A stretch of 64,000 nt of DNA from Lama guanicoe (lineage: Eukaryota). The first letter of the stretch is position 1, and the number at the start of each line of letters is the position of its first letter. The notes beneath the pieces are model-generated. The model saw only the letters and a list, made by a program, of their open reading frames with translations. It was not told the DNA's origin and did not search any database. Position numbers and translations under genes: made by a program. Below are positions 13,746 to 25,420 of this stretch, in pieces. The stretch lies in NCBI GenBank assembly GCA_013239625.1, contig MU054032.1, positions 186,001 through 250,000 of the forward strand, read 5' to 3'.

Positions 13746-14084
13746 AATATAAACATATCATAGTTATTAAAATTCATAAGTTCATAATAGTTTTTAAAAC
13801 TCTAACTGATCAACTTTGGAGGACATTACAGAACCAACTTATTATTCTAAAAATTATCGAGTAAAGAGAAACAAGTCAAATATATAGCCATATGAACTGT
13901 ATCTCTGAATAACCAAATAGCTGATGAAGCAAAGTCCTTCTGTGTAGAAGAATTCAAAATAATAAAGAATGAAGGAATGATGGAATGGCACCAGTTTGTA
14001 ACCTCTAGTGAAACAGCTGATCCAGGCAATGATTATCAAAGGTTACTAAAAATCATTAGGTTAAAAACTGATTGGGTATCATAA

Positions 14085-16440
14085 GGAAAAAAAACTAAAT
14101 ACAAATATCCCTTATGAATATAGATGTGAAAAACCTTAACAAAATATTAGTAAACTGAATTCAGAAACATATAAAAAAAGGTTTGTACACCATGAGCAAC
14201 TGCAATTAACTCCATGAACCCATTGGGTTAAATGTTCAAAAACCAAGTAATGTTATATGGCATATTAATAGAATAAAGGACAAAATGGACATGATTATCT
14301 CAGTAAATGCAGCATTTGACAAAATTCAATACCTATTCATGATAAAATCTCTCAACTGACTAATAGAAAGAAATGCCTTCATTTTGATAATAAAGAACAG
14401 TTATGAAAACCCTACAGCTAATTTCATACTTAATGCCGAAAGACTGAATGCATTCCCCTGAAAATCAGAACAAGGCAAGGGTGCCTATGCTCACCATTTC
14501 TATTCAACATTATGCTGGAAGTTCTAGACAATGCCCTAAGAAAAAGCAACAACCACAAAACCAAATAGCTTAACTGCATCCAGACTGGAAATGAAGAAGT
14601 AAAACTGTCCTTATTCACAAACATGATTGTCTATGTAGAAAATCCTAAGGAACCCACAATAAAACTACTAGAATTAATAAGTGAGTCCAGCGAGGTCACA
14701 GGATACAAGATCAATATGTAAAAATCAGCAGAATGAAGTGAAATATATACAAGATTTTGTGGTAGCTTACAGAGAAAAAAAAATGTGACAATGAATATAA
14801 GTATGTTCATCTATAACTGAAAAATTGTGCTCTACACTGGAATTTGACACAACATTGTACAATGGCTGTAACTCAATAAAAAATGTTAAAAAAAATAAAA
14901 ATGAAAAATGAAGCCAGTTTGAAAAAAAAAGACTGAAGTGAAATTAAAAAAACAATTCCACTCATAATATCAAAAGGAATTAAATATTCAGAAATAAATT
15001 TACAAATATAAGATTTATACACTGAAAATTTTAAAACATTGCTGAGAGAAATTAAAGAAATAATTGTTAAGATGGTAGTTTCCCCCAAATTGATATACAG
15101 TTTCAATGCAATTCCTATCAAAATCCTAGTAGGCTTCTTTGTAGACGCTGACAAACTAACAGAAGTGCAAAGGACCTAGAAGAACCAAAACAATTTTGAA
15201 AAAGAACAAGTTGAAAGATTGACACTAATTGATTTCAAAACTTACTAGAAAGCAAAAGTAATCAAGATAATTTGGTGTTGTTATAAAGATGTGAATGCAG
15301 ATCAATGGAACAGAACTGAGAGACCAGAAAGAAATCCTTAAATTTACGACCAATTAATTTTCAACAAAGGTGCCAAGACAATTGAAGCTGGGATAACCGG
15401 ATATCCATATGCAAAAAAGATAAATCTTATCTCATACCATACACAAAAATTAATTCAAAATGGATCACAGAATTAAATGTAAAAGCTAAAACTACAGTCT
15501 TTTAGAAGAAAACACAGGAGGAAATCTTCACGACTCTGGGCTACCAGAGTTCTTAGACACAACACAAAAGTATGAGCCATAGAAGAAAAGTACAATAAAT
15601 TGGACTTCATTAAAATATAAAACTTTAAACTTTCAAAAGATACCACTAAGAAAGTGAAAAAACAAGCCACTGGCTGGAAGAAAATACTGCAAATCACTCA
15701 TCTGATGAAAGACTTGTATCTAGGATAAACAAAGAACTCTATCCAATAAGACAATACCCCAATTTAAAAATTTGCAAAGGACTTGAATAGACATTTCACC
15801 GAAGACATCCAAATGATTAATAAGTACATGAAAAGGTGCTAAGAATCATTAGGTTTTAGGGAAATGCAAATTAAACACAGTAAGATACTACTATACACCC
15901 GTTAGAATGGCTATAGTAAAAAAGACAGACAAATGGATCTAGAGATTATCACACTAAGAGAAGTCAGACAGAGAAAGACAATTATATGAAATCACTTTAT
16001 ATGTGGGGTCTAAAAAAGTGATACAAATGAATTTACTTACAAACAGAAAGAGACTCAGATATAGAAAACAAATGTATGGTTACTAAAGGGGAACGTGGGA
16101 GGGGACGAATTAGGAGCTTGGGATTAACAGATACACACTACTGTATATAAAATAGATAATAAAGACCTACTGTATAGCACAGGGAACTATACTCAATACC
16201 TTGTAATAACCTACAATGGAAAAGAATCTGAAAAAAATATATACACAGATGTATCTGAATCACTTTGCTGTATAGCAGAAACACATTATAAATCAACTAT
16301 ACTTCAATTTTAAAAACAGATAATAATAAGTATTGATGACAATGTAGAGAAACTAAAACGCTCAGACATTGCTGGTAGGAATGTAACATGGTACAGTCAC
16401 TTTGGAAAACAGTTTGGCAGTTGCTTTAATAAAAAGTTTT
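14085..16440 (+). mobile_element. Older degraded LINE-1 ORF2 region carrying two nested younger L1 3' ends (~14745-14930 and ~15932-16310)
   Basis: Degenerate ORF2 motifs (tcagaacaaggcaagggtgcctatgctcacc). The 14745-14930 insert has an A-rich tail and is flanked by GA(A/C)TGAAGTGAAAT at 14731 and 14931. Confidence 0.85.
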
Positions 16441-16646
16441 AATATCCTGTAGAGAAGTCCAGACCCTTCCTCATTATTTTTCAAAATCATCTTGGGTTCT
16501 ATGTTTTGTCTGCTACTAAAATTTTTAGGATTCAAGAAAATTCTGTGCAAAACCTGTTGAGATTTTGATTGGAACTGTGTTAAGTTTATAAATTACTTTG
16601 GGAAGAGCCTCTGTATTTTTGATAGTTTCCCTCCATTTAACACAGT

Positions 16647-17100
16647 ATATTAGTTATCTATTGCTGCATAAAATTACCGTAAAGTTAGTGGTATAAAATA
16701 ACAGATATTTATTATCTCACAATTTCTATGAGTCAATTGCTACAGTCTAAGTGTTGGCCAGGGCTGAGTTCTCATCTATGGCACAAGCTGGGAAGGACTC
16801 ACTTCTGTCACACGACTTTTGGCAGCATTCAGTTCCTTGCAGGCTGTTGGATGAGAAACTTATTTTCTTACTGGGTGTTAGCTGGGGTCTGCCTTATATT
16901 CTTTATCATGTGGTCTTCTTAGGACAGCTTACAACATGACAACTTGCTTCTTGAAAGCCAACAAGAGACAGTAACTTTTGCCATATTCTATTTGCTAGAA
17001 GCAAATCAAAGGTCCCACTCATACTCAAGAGAAGGAGATTACACAAGGGCATTAATATCAGGAGGCAGGGATTGTGGGAGGCAGCTTACAATTTGCAATA
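16647..17100. mobile_element. MLT1-type (ERVL-MaLR) solo LTR
   Basis: Typical MaLR end tatattagttatctattgctgcata...ttattatctcacaatttct; internal ggcagcattcagttccttgcaggctgt. Confidence 0.75.
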
Positions 17101-17149
17101 CATGGTATACATTTCCACTTACTAATCTCTCTGTAAAATTCTTATGCAT

Positions 17150-17880
17150 CTTATATTAGGTTAACTCATGTGTACTTCTCAGTTTTTAAAACTGAGAAAT
17201 AGGCATAATTATTACTTCAATATAGGAACACCATTGCATTTCGGATACTGATCTTTCACTTGGCAACCTTGCTGAACTCTTATTAGCCCCAACAATTTAC
17301 CTGCCACTTGGATTTTCCTAATATCATTTGTGAATAATGACAATTTTTCTTTTTCTTGTAATCGTTATATCATTTATTTTTTTCTTGTCTTTTTGGACAA
17401 TAATAAGACCTCCAATAAAATATTTAACGGAAGTTGTGATATCAGGCCTGTTCCCTAATAAACCCTTTGTTAGGTTTAATAGGATACTCCTTTTCTTGTC
17501 CAGCTTGCTAAGAGCTTTAAGGATGAATAGGCATTTAATTTTATCAAATACTTCTGCAATGACCAGGAAGATCAAATATATTTTCTCTCTTTATCTGTTG
17601 ATTTTGTAAATTGTGCAAGTTTTCTAATGTTAAACCAGTCTTGCATCCTTGGAATAAATATTCCTTGGTCATGAAATGTATATTTTGTGACTTCTGTATC
17701 TTTGTCTTTATAATTACCTTTCCTAAACTGTCTTGGTCTGGTTTTGGTTTCAAAGTTTATACTAATTAACAAAACAAATTATGAAGTTTTTCTTCTTTTC
17801 CTATTTTGTGGAACAAAGTACATAAGATTGGGATTATCTATCCTTGAAAGTTTCATAGCACTCCCACATAAAACTTTTTT
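17150..17880 (-). mobile_element. Old LINE-1 (L1M) ORF2 fragment, antisense
   Basis: Minus-strand translations such as HDQGIFIPRMQDWFNIRK and AEVFDKIKCLFILKALSKL resemble L1 ORF2. Confidence 0.75.
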
Positions 17881-18599
17881 CTGTGTAAATGTTTAAACTA
17901 CAAAACTTGTCATTTCAGCAGGCTTCTCATCTCAGCAGTAGGTAACACCTTCTGTTAGTCTCTGTGATAGCTATTCTAAATATTTACCATTCTTGGGCTT
18001 TCTACCTCACATTTTCTCCCTATAGTCTTAGCACATAATACTCACCTGCTATCACACTTTTCATCTCTACTAGCTTTCCCCTTCAGCATACTGAGATGAT
18101 GATTTTCTTAAAAAGACAAAGCAAAAACACACATGCAAGACAAACAAAAGCCCCTTCCCTGAACTCTAGATTCTTCCATAGCTATTTTTGTTCTTTTCAT
18201 TTTCCCCATAGTCAAGAGTCGTCAACAATTCCTAAGTGTCTTCATCTCTTACTTGTTTTTTTCCCCATTCATTTTCTTTACTATAAGTTATGTTAGATTT
18301 GGGGAAATCATTCATGGGTTATATAAAAACACAACATAATCAGATTTGCATTTCTGAAAGATCACTTGTGACTATGCTGTAAGAAGAGATTGGAAGTGAG
18401 TGAAACTGATGGGAGGGAGACCTAAATCAGGAAGCTTAACTAGGATAGTAGCGATGGTAGCAGTGCGAATGGGGAGAAGTGGATGGATTTGAAACCTATT
18501 ATATTATAGGATCTGAAGGATGAGGAAATCAAAGATTAAATGTGTATCCAGCTGAATAATGGGTTTGATATTCACTAAACAGAAAATACAAATTAAGAA

Positions 18600-19640
18600 A
18601 TCTGACTACATAAAGATAAAAAATTCCTACACGGCAAAAACTGTAAAAGGAAAATCAAAAGTCAAATGATAAACCAAGAGGGGGAAGGAATGTATGCAAC
18701 TCATTTCACAAAGGACTAAACATCAAAACTAATAGCCAACAAAAATGTGGGAAAATACATGAATAATTCATAAAAAAGGAAACACAAATGGTTCTTAAAC
18801 ATACAAAAAGATACTCAACCTCATTCATTATTTTTAAAAAGTAAAATAAAAAGAACACTGAGATACCATTTTATACCTCTTGGAAAAAGAGACATTAAAA
18901 AAAAGTGATAATGAACTGAGGTGAGGGTAGAAAAACAAGTACTCTAATTGCTGGTGATACTGTAAAATGGTATGACCGAATATGGAACGCAACATGGAAG
19001 CATCTATCAAAGTTATGAATGTATATACCTTTTGACTCAGCAATTCTAGGAATTTAACCTACAGTTATATTTGCAAATCTGCAAAACAAAATGATATATA
19101 ATCTTATTCACTGCAGCATTGTAATAGCTAGAGTAACCATAAAGCACATTGTTTTGTCCAAATTGGGACACTTTTATAAGAGGAAGAGGGCATTATTAAT
19201 ATTTAAGCTGGGACAACTGGCATAGCTGAGACTGTCCCAAGCAAACCAGGAAAATAATATAAATATTCACCAACAGGAGACTTTTAAAATAATAATGATA
19301 CATCCAGACTTGGAATACTGCATAGCCACAAAAGGTAGCACATTGTATACTGTTGTGGAAGGTTCTCTAAGATGTACAGTTTAAAAAAAAATTAAGGAAA
19401 AAAACCCAAAACAGTTCTTACAGTATGTTACCATTTGTGTAAAAGAGGGAAAAATATAACTGCTTAGATATGAATAAAATATATCTGGAAGGATATATAG
19501 AAAACCAATAACAATGTTTGCCTCTGGGGAGGGAAAGTGGGTAACAAGGAAACAGAAACAAGAAGGTGACTTCACTATATGTCCTTTGTACCTTTTGAAT
19601 TGTGAACCAGATGAATAAGTAAAATTTTAAAAGAAAATTG
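18600..19640 (+). mobile_element. Old L1 (L1ME-like) 3' fragments
   Basis: Degenerate L1 3' motifs (acctttgactcagcaattctaggaattt; tttgcctctggggaggg). Confidence 0.6.
19130..19251. mobile_element. MER94-like hAT DNA transposon remnant
   Basis: agagtaaccata...gtccaaattgggacactttt...gactgtcccaagcaaaccagga resembles the MER94 consensus as I recall it. Confidence 0.55.
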
Positions 19641-22193
19641 TCCTAGTAATGAGTTGGCTAATTGGTAACTTTTATGATGTTTATTTTTCCCCTGCTTGAG
19701 CCTATATGCTGAATAATGAAAATTGTCTTAAACACTGCAATCCTACAGAGTTCCTTAAATAGTTTTAAAATATTTTAATTCTGCTATAAATATAAGAATT
19801 ATGCAAATCAAAACTAAGATAATACTTCATAAAAATCTGAAATCAAGTACCAGTATTATTAGTGACTGTCACAGAAAATTTATATGTAGTATTACTTTTT
19901 TTCCAATTTCTGTGTTTAAAATTTCTCACAAAACAGCAATTATTTTAGTAATCATTTTCATACATCATAAACTTACTTGGCACATTCTGTACTTTTTACT
20001 GTGATCTAATTAAACTGGACTGGAATAATAAACGCCAATCAGTGAGTAAATACACTTAGCTCTGAAAATCTCTTACCTAAGTGGTAGTTACTATATAAAT
20101 TATCTGATAATTTTAAATTGTTTTATCTAAAAATTTCTCAAAGATCAGAGAGCTGTAGCTTTTAACAAATTGACAGGCAAAGGTGGATGATGTAAAAAAT
20201 TTCAAATTACATAAGATCTTGAGAAATTATGACTTATGGAGTGTTCAAATAGATAAGTGTGGTTAAAAATTAATGTTACCTAGTCTTTTAGAAAATGGCT
20301 TTGTTCACTATATCTTTCATATTCTTCAGGTTAAAAGAAAATGAGTATTAATATGCTATCAACCACATTCTGAAGGTTTTTTCTTTCTGCTGTTTCAAAT
20401 TCTTTCAAATTAGGTTTAGTCTACAATAAGCTTTTAAAAATCTTTTTTAGGGACTCAAGCAAAATCTACATTCTCTTAGCATCTTACAATGATTCAGACT
20501 TGCTACAATCTATTCTTAAGGCCATCAGAAACCAGATTACAGGAGACATTATTTGGCAAAATAGAGAAAATGTACATTAGGCTTCATAAATCTGCCCAGT
20601 GTATTGATATATTGTGATTTTTTTTACATGCTTATGATTATATTTTTTCAGTCCTATAAAATTTGGTTTTGTAATTGCTAAACCAAAGAGGAATTAGGAA
20701 AACATATTGGAATAGATTATAGAAACATGTGAATTTATATGAAATTTCATTTATTCCATAAAGGTCTAACATCAAGTTAAAATATGTGCACCAGCACCGT
20801 AGTGCTCTAGCTAGAATCTAAATCCTATTCAAATTCATTCAAACTCATTAGTAATGATGTCTTAGCAGTTTTTAAACATATTAATCTATTTGGTGGCCTT
20901 GATTGATATTATTTAAACTTTCAACTCCAAAAAATCCCTCAGAAGCCCATAAGCCCAAAGCAACACTAAGGCAACATAAGATTAGTTTCATCACTATCAG
21001 GAAATATGAAGTGAGGACAACGGAGTGGTAAGTGTAATGACTTTTTCAAAAAACTCAGTGGTGGAAGGAATACAGATGCGAGCAAAAAATACATCAATTA
21101 CATCTCAAATTTTTTAAAAAGGAGAAAAAAGAGCAATACTGATGGAGTATCTGAATTGCATAAAGCTGTTTAACTGAAATATACTTTAATCACACATACA
21201 GAGTCAAAATATAGGTGCTGTTTCTCAAGATGGCAGAGATTTGAGCATTATTTAAATGCTGAATGATGGAGTCTTTAAAGAGGAAGAAGTTGAAAAATAG
21301 AGCAAAGTAAGTAGAGAGATTAACCTGAGAGTGGAGGAAGGATTCCTCTTCAACAGCATCTGGAGGGACTGACGTGGGTTATAAGAGTAACCGGCAGGAA
21401 ATCGGGGGCTTTTTGTGAAGCAGTGCGGTGGTGAGTTTAAGTGAAATAGAGAAGCTTTGAAAGAAGGTTTACTATGGAGTTTCCTTTAGGCTGTGGCTGA
21501 ATACTCTTATCATAGTATTCAGAACTCTTCATAATGCAGCCCCCACATACATCCTCAGCTTCACTGGTCCACGCATTCTCACATCCGACCAAATTTTCAC
21601 TCCAACCAAGTTCATCCAGCATCCCTGAAATGTTCCTCTTCATGCTGTTTGTTCTGGCAGAGCCCTCTGCCTGGAACACCTTTCTCCTCACTTCCCTGGG
21701 AACATCTCTCATCCTTTAAGAGTTGGCTCCAACCGCCCAGCATCCCTTGAGGTCCCTGTTCTTTATTTCAGCTATCCTTCACCCTGAGCCTAGTTAGGTG
21801 CCCTTCTTTATACTTCCTTCTGCACATCTCTTCATCTCAGCATTTTTCATTAGAAATTTTAAACACCGGCTTTCCCTTTTCTTTCAATAATCAGAAACTG
21901 GGTTTGTTTGTTTTTTTAATTTGTTTCTAATTTCTGGATTTCCTAGCACTGGGCCTGGTGCAATTTAGGCCAATGAATAAATATTCATTGAATGATATGG
22001 GTATGTCAGAGCTCCAAATACTTATATTTCACCCAGTAGAAGACAAGATTATCATTCACAAATGAAGAAACTAAGGTAGGAAGGAGTGCACACCAATAAT
22101 AACATTAGCAGAACAAAGACTAATGAAAAAACTGTGAACTAATCTTTCACTTAAGCTAATTAAGATTCTAGCTACAGTCTAAAGAGTAGAACA

Positions 22194-22376
22194 GGGGGAA
22201 GGGTATACAGCTCAAGTGGCAGAGCACACCCTTAGCATGCACGAGGTCCTGGGCTCAATCCCCAGTACCTCCTCTAAAAATAAACAAACCTGATTACCTC
22301 CCCCCCAAAGTAAAATAATTAGATAAAACAGTAATAAGTAAAATTTTTTAAATGGTTAAGATAATACATTAAAAAA
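22194..22376 (+). mobile_element. Vic-1-like tRNA-derived SINE with 14-bp TSD
   Basis: GGGGGAAGGGTATACAGCTCAAGTGGCAGAGCAC...GGGCTCAATCCCCAGTACC; TSD TAAAGAGTAGAACA at 22180-22193 and 22377-22390. Confidence 0.9.
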
Positions 22377-24099
22377 TAAAGAGTAGAACAAATGAGTATC
22401 TAAATCACAACAAATAAACATCCTCCAAACATAAGCATTGAGTTTCCAGTTTTGTACCACAGAGGACACAGCTCTTCTGATTTAAGGATTCAAAATCATT
22501 CAGATCAATCCTCGCCCATACAGCACAAAACTCTAGCACAAACAGGGACTGACCTAAAAACTTACAATTAGAGATATCTGAGTTTTCCTTCACTTATGAA
22601 AAGTCTCATGTCTAGCTGCCCATGTCACATTTGGCTAGTACTTTAGCACAGATTTAATTAGATTGGGTCCTTTTCAAATCAGAAACAACAACAAAAAAGG
22701 ACTTGACATTACCAAGACTTAACCACCTAGGATGACAAACTTGTTCTTCTTGAATATCTTATACTTTACACAATGCTGTGGGCCTCCCAAGTCACCTGTT
22801 CTTGCTCCAACCTCATGCAAAGGCAGCCGTATTTAGTGGAAGAAGAATTAGCCTAAAGGTCAAAGTCCAGCTGGTGGTAGTTCTCTATGCAAAGAATCTC
22901 CTCTTCTACAGGTAGATTTTCTTCACCATGCAATCATTTTCTACTATCAGAGAGAACTGGGGAGAAATAGAGTGAGGAACTCATTACTGATTATAATTAA
23001 AGCTAATTCAAAACAGCAGGGGTTAGGAAATACCTTCTGAGTAATATTTAGAAATTCCTTAACATATGTCATCTTTCTCTTGACAGCTCAAAAAGCTTCA
23101 GAGAAATAACATTCTTAAGAAACCAGATAAGAATAGCCTGCTACATTTGGAAGAACTAATGCTGGCTGGAGTTTACACTAAGACCCAGAACTTTCTTAAG
23201 GTTCTGGTTAATGAGGCAGCCCAGGGCAAACCGGAGTCCCTGAATTAGAGTCCCACCAATTCGAGAACTAGGGCAGATAAGGAAAGGCTACAGAAGGGGA
23301 AAACAAACAAAAAGAAAAGAAAGGTCACTCCACTGGTTTCAAACCAAATAAACCCTCCAACCCTAACCAAGCCAAATGAGAACTGCCTCTCCACAGAACA
23401 AACCAGAATATGGTTTTGATATTTTTTTCCCACGGTTATCCCCGATACTCATTTCAATCCAAAAAGAAAAAGAAAAGCAAGTGGCCTTTTGTGACACAGC
23501 CAGCCCCTAGACAACTCTCTGTATCATACTGCTTCCAGATACATGTTTTCTTTAGAACGAGGTCATTTCCTGGGATAATTCAATGGCTGGTTTTGGGAAG
23601 TGCTTCATGATGGAGACAGCCTTATAGTGAGACTTGGGTCCTAGCTCTGGTACTTATTAGCTGGATTATCTTAAAGAAGTCTTCATTTCTGAGTCTTAGT
23701 TTCCTCATCTTCAAAATGGGACTAATAATAACTATTCTCTAGGTCTCTGGTAAGAGGAAGCTAGACTAAAATGGTTGGCACACCTTAAGTCCTAGATAAT
23801 AGCTATTATTTACATGTGCTCCTAACAAATACAGACGCTGTGTTAGGCGCTGCGAAGATACAGGAGAATGTTCTCGTTGAAAATGATAAAATTCCTGAAT
23901 CTGCCTAGTTTTCAAAATTCTTTTTGTACATCTTTTCTGCTCATGAGGAAGAGACAAGCAATTAAAACATTTAATATTCTGGGAGCACCTAACGGCTTTT
24001 AAAATGTTTAAGAGCTCAGAGTTAAGAACACTTAAGTCCTGAACAGCCACCAAATAATTGGTGGAGCTAAAACGAGAACCCAGCACCCCAGCAACCCTG

Positions 24100-25420
24100 G
24101 GTGACCTTTTTCCGTCGCCTCGTGATCTCACTGAAGTGTCCAGGGGCTGTTTCTGGTCGGGGTAATCTCCGGCCAGCTGACTCCTCACTCACCAACACCC
24201 CGTGCTGGAGACTAGGTGTTCCTTTGGCCTCAACGCCGCACTATGAGGCGGGTTACTGAGGTCGGGCCTGGCCTTCGAATGTCGAAGGTCACTAAGTGGC
24301 CTCTTGAACAGGGCTCATTCTTATTTGAGTGTAGAGCGGTACCGCTCTCTTCTCTCTCCGGGAATTCCATCGCTCCAACCCGCCGCCTCCTCCGGAGCTC
24401 AGCCGGCTTCGCAACCGCCCACCTCAGCTTTCCCGCCCTCTGCGCCTGCACGCACCGCCCGCCGCAGCGGCCCGGGGCGCGGAGGAATCCGCAGGCTCTG
24501 GCGGACGGCCCACCGCCTTGCTCTCATTGGATAGCTTCGTCTTTTCTCCGCCCCAAAGTTCATGCTTCCTCAATAATTGGACCTGAGCGTTGTCCATCCC
24601 AACCCTCAGGCACCGCCCACTTGTCTTCCACGAGCCCCCCGCCTCTCGGCTTTCTCTTCTATCGAGTTCGCTCTTCACGGTTCTCCTGTCTAGGGGCGAT
24701 TGGGTGCACCTGGTGGGGCCCGAGCGTCACAGGGACTGGCCCGTCCTCCAGCTCCAACCCCACCCACTGGGCCCCTCCTCTCTACTTCCCAGGCCCCGCA
24801 GTTTCCCATGGAGCTCCCCCAACCTTGCCTCCGCCCCTCCCTCCAGCCACCGCTCAGACGCCTTGGGCGCTCTGGCCGAGCGGACGGCACCCTGGGGGGA
24901 TGCGCTCCATGAAGGTTCTGCAGAAAGCGCTGAGCGGGGCCGGCAGTCACTGCCGGCGGGGAGGCTGGGGTCACCTGAGCCGGAGCCCCCTCCTTGGCGG
25001 GGGCGTCCGGCACCAACTCAGTGAGGCCGCTGCGCAGGGCCGGGAGACGCCGCACAGCCACCAGCTGCAGCTCCTGGATCAGTAAGGCTCGCGGGACTGG
25101 GGCAGGGGACAGGCTCGCTCCCACCCCCACTGTCGTTCTCACCAGCTTCCGAGTCCCCTACTCCCAGGAGCGCCTCAGCTCCCTTCTCCTCTCCTCGCGT
25201 ACTGGCCTGCAATGCCCTTTCCTTTAGATTTGGGGCTTTGGGTCTGCCGTGCTCGAGCGGTAACGTGCCGTCCGCCCGGGAAGGCGTTTGGACAGGTCGG
25301 TGTTCGGGATGGTGCCTGTCCGAGGTGCGTACTTAACTGGGAACGCAGGTGGGCGCGGAGTGTTGCTCGGTGCACGTGTCTGAGTGCAGGGCGGTGTGTG
25401 CACCGCGCATCCTCACCCTC
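24100..25420. promoter_or_regulatory. CpG island; probable bidirectional promoter of GLS2 and the divergent fossil gene
   Basis: High GC and CpG density; ATTGG (CCAAT on minus) at 24526, 24576 and 24699; GC-box-like ctccgcccc near 24830. Confidence 0.85.
24900..25081 (+). CDS. GLS2: GLS2 exon 1
   Basis: MRSMKVLQ...QLLD, donor CA|GTAAGG. Confidence 0.95.

Larger units (their letters stand above)
6575..24370 (-). pseudogene. Unprocessed (unitary-type) multi-exon pseudogene of unknown family, ~18 exon remnants, head-to-head with GLS2
   Basis: Minus-strand exon remnants, most with AG/GT ends and chaining phases: 24370-24193, 22956-22713, 22553-~22435, ~20653-20280, 20217-20077, 20019(or 20014)-19977, 18106-18046, 12764-12684, 12342-12260, 12203-12144, 11707-11646, 11250-11163, 11074-11013, 10205-10193, 10120-10086, 9987-9882, 9686-9434 + 6971-6937 (split by L1), 6873-~6575. 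Contains in-frame stops, a few frameshifts and degraded donors. Confidence 0.75.

Noticed and set aside
24216..25085. 289-aa ORF as an N-terminally extended GLS2
   Set aside because: It starts at a non-ATG codon in GC-rich island DNA where stops are rare. GLS2 homology begins at ATG 24900, and that start gives the expected 602 aa.
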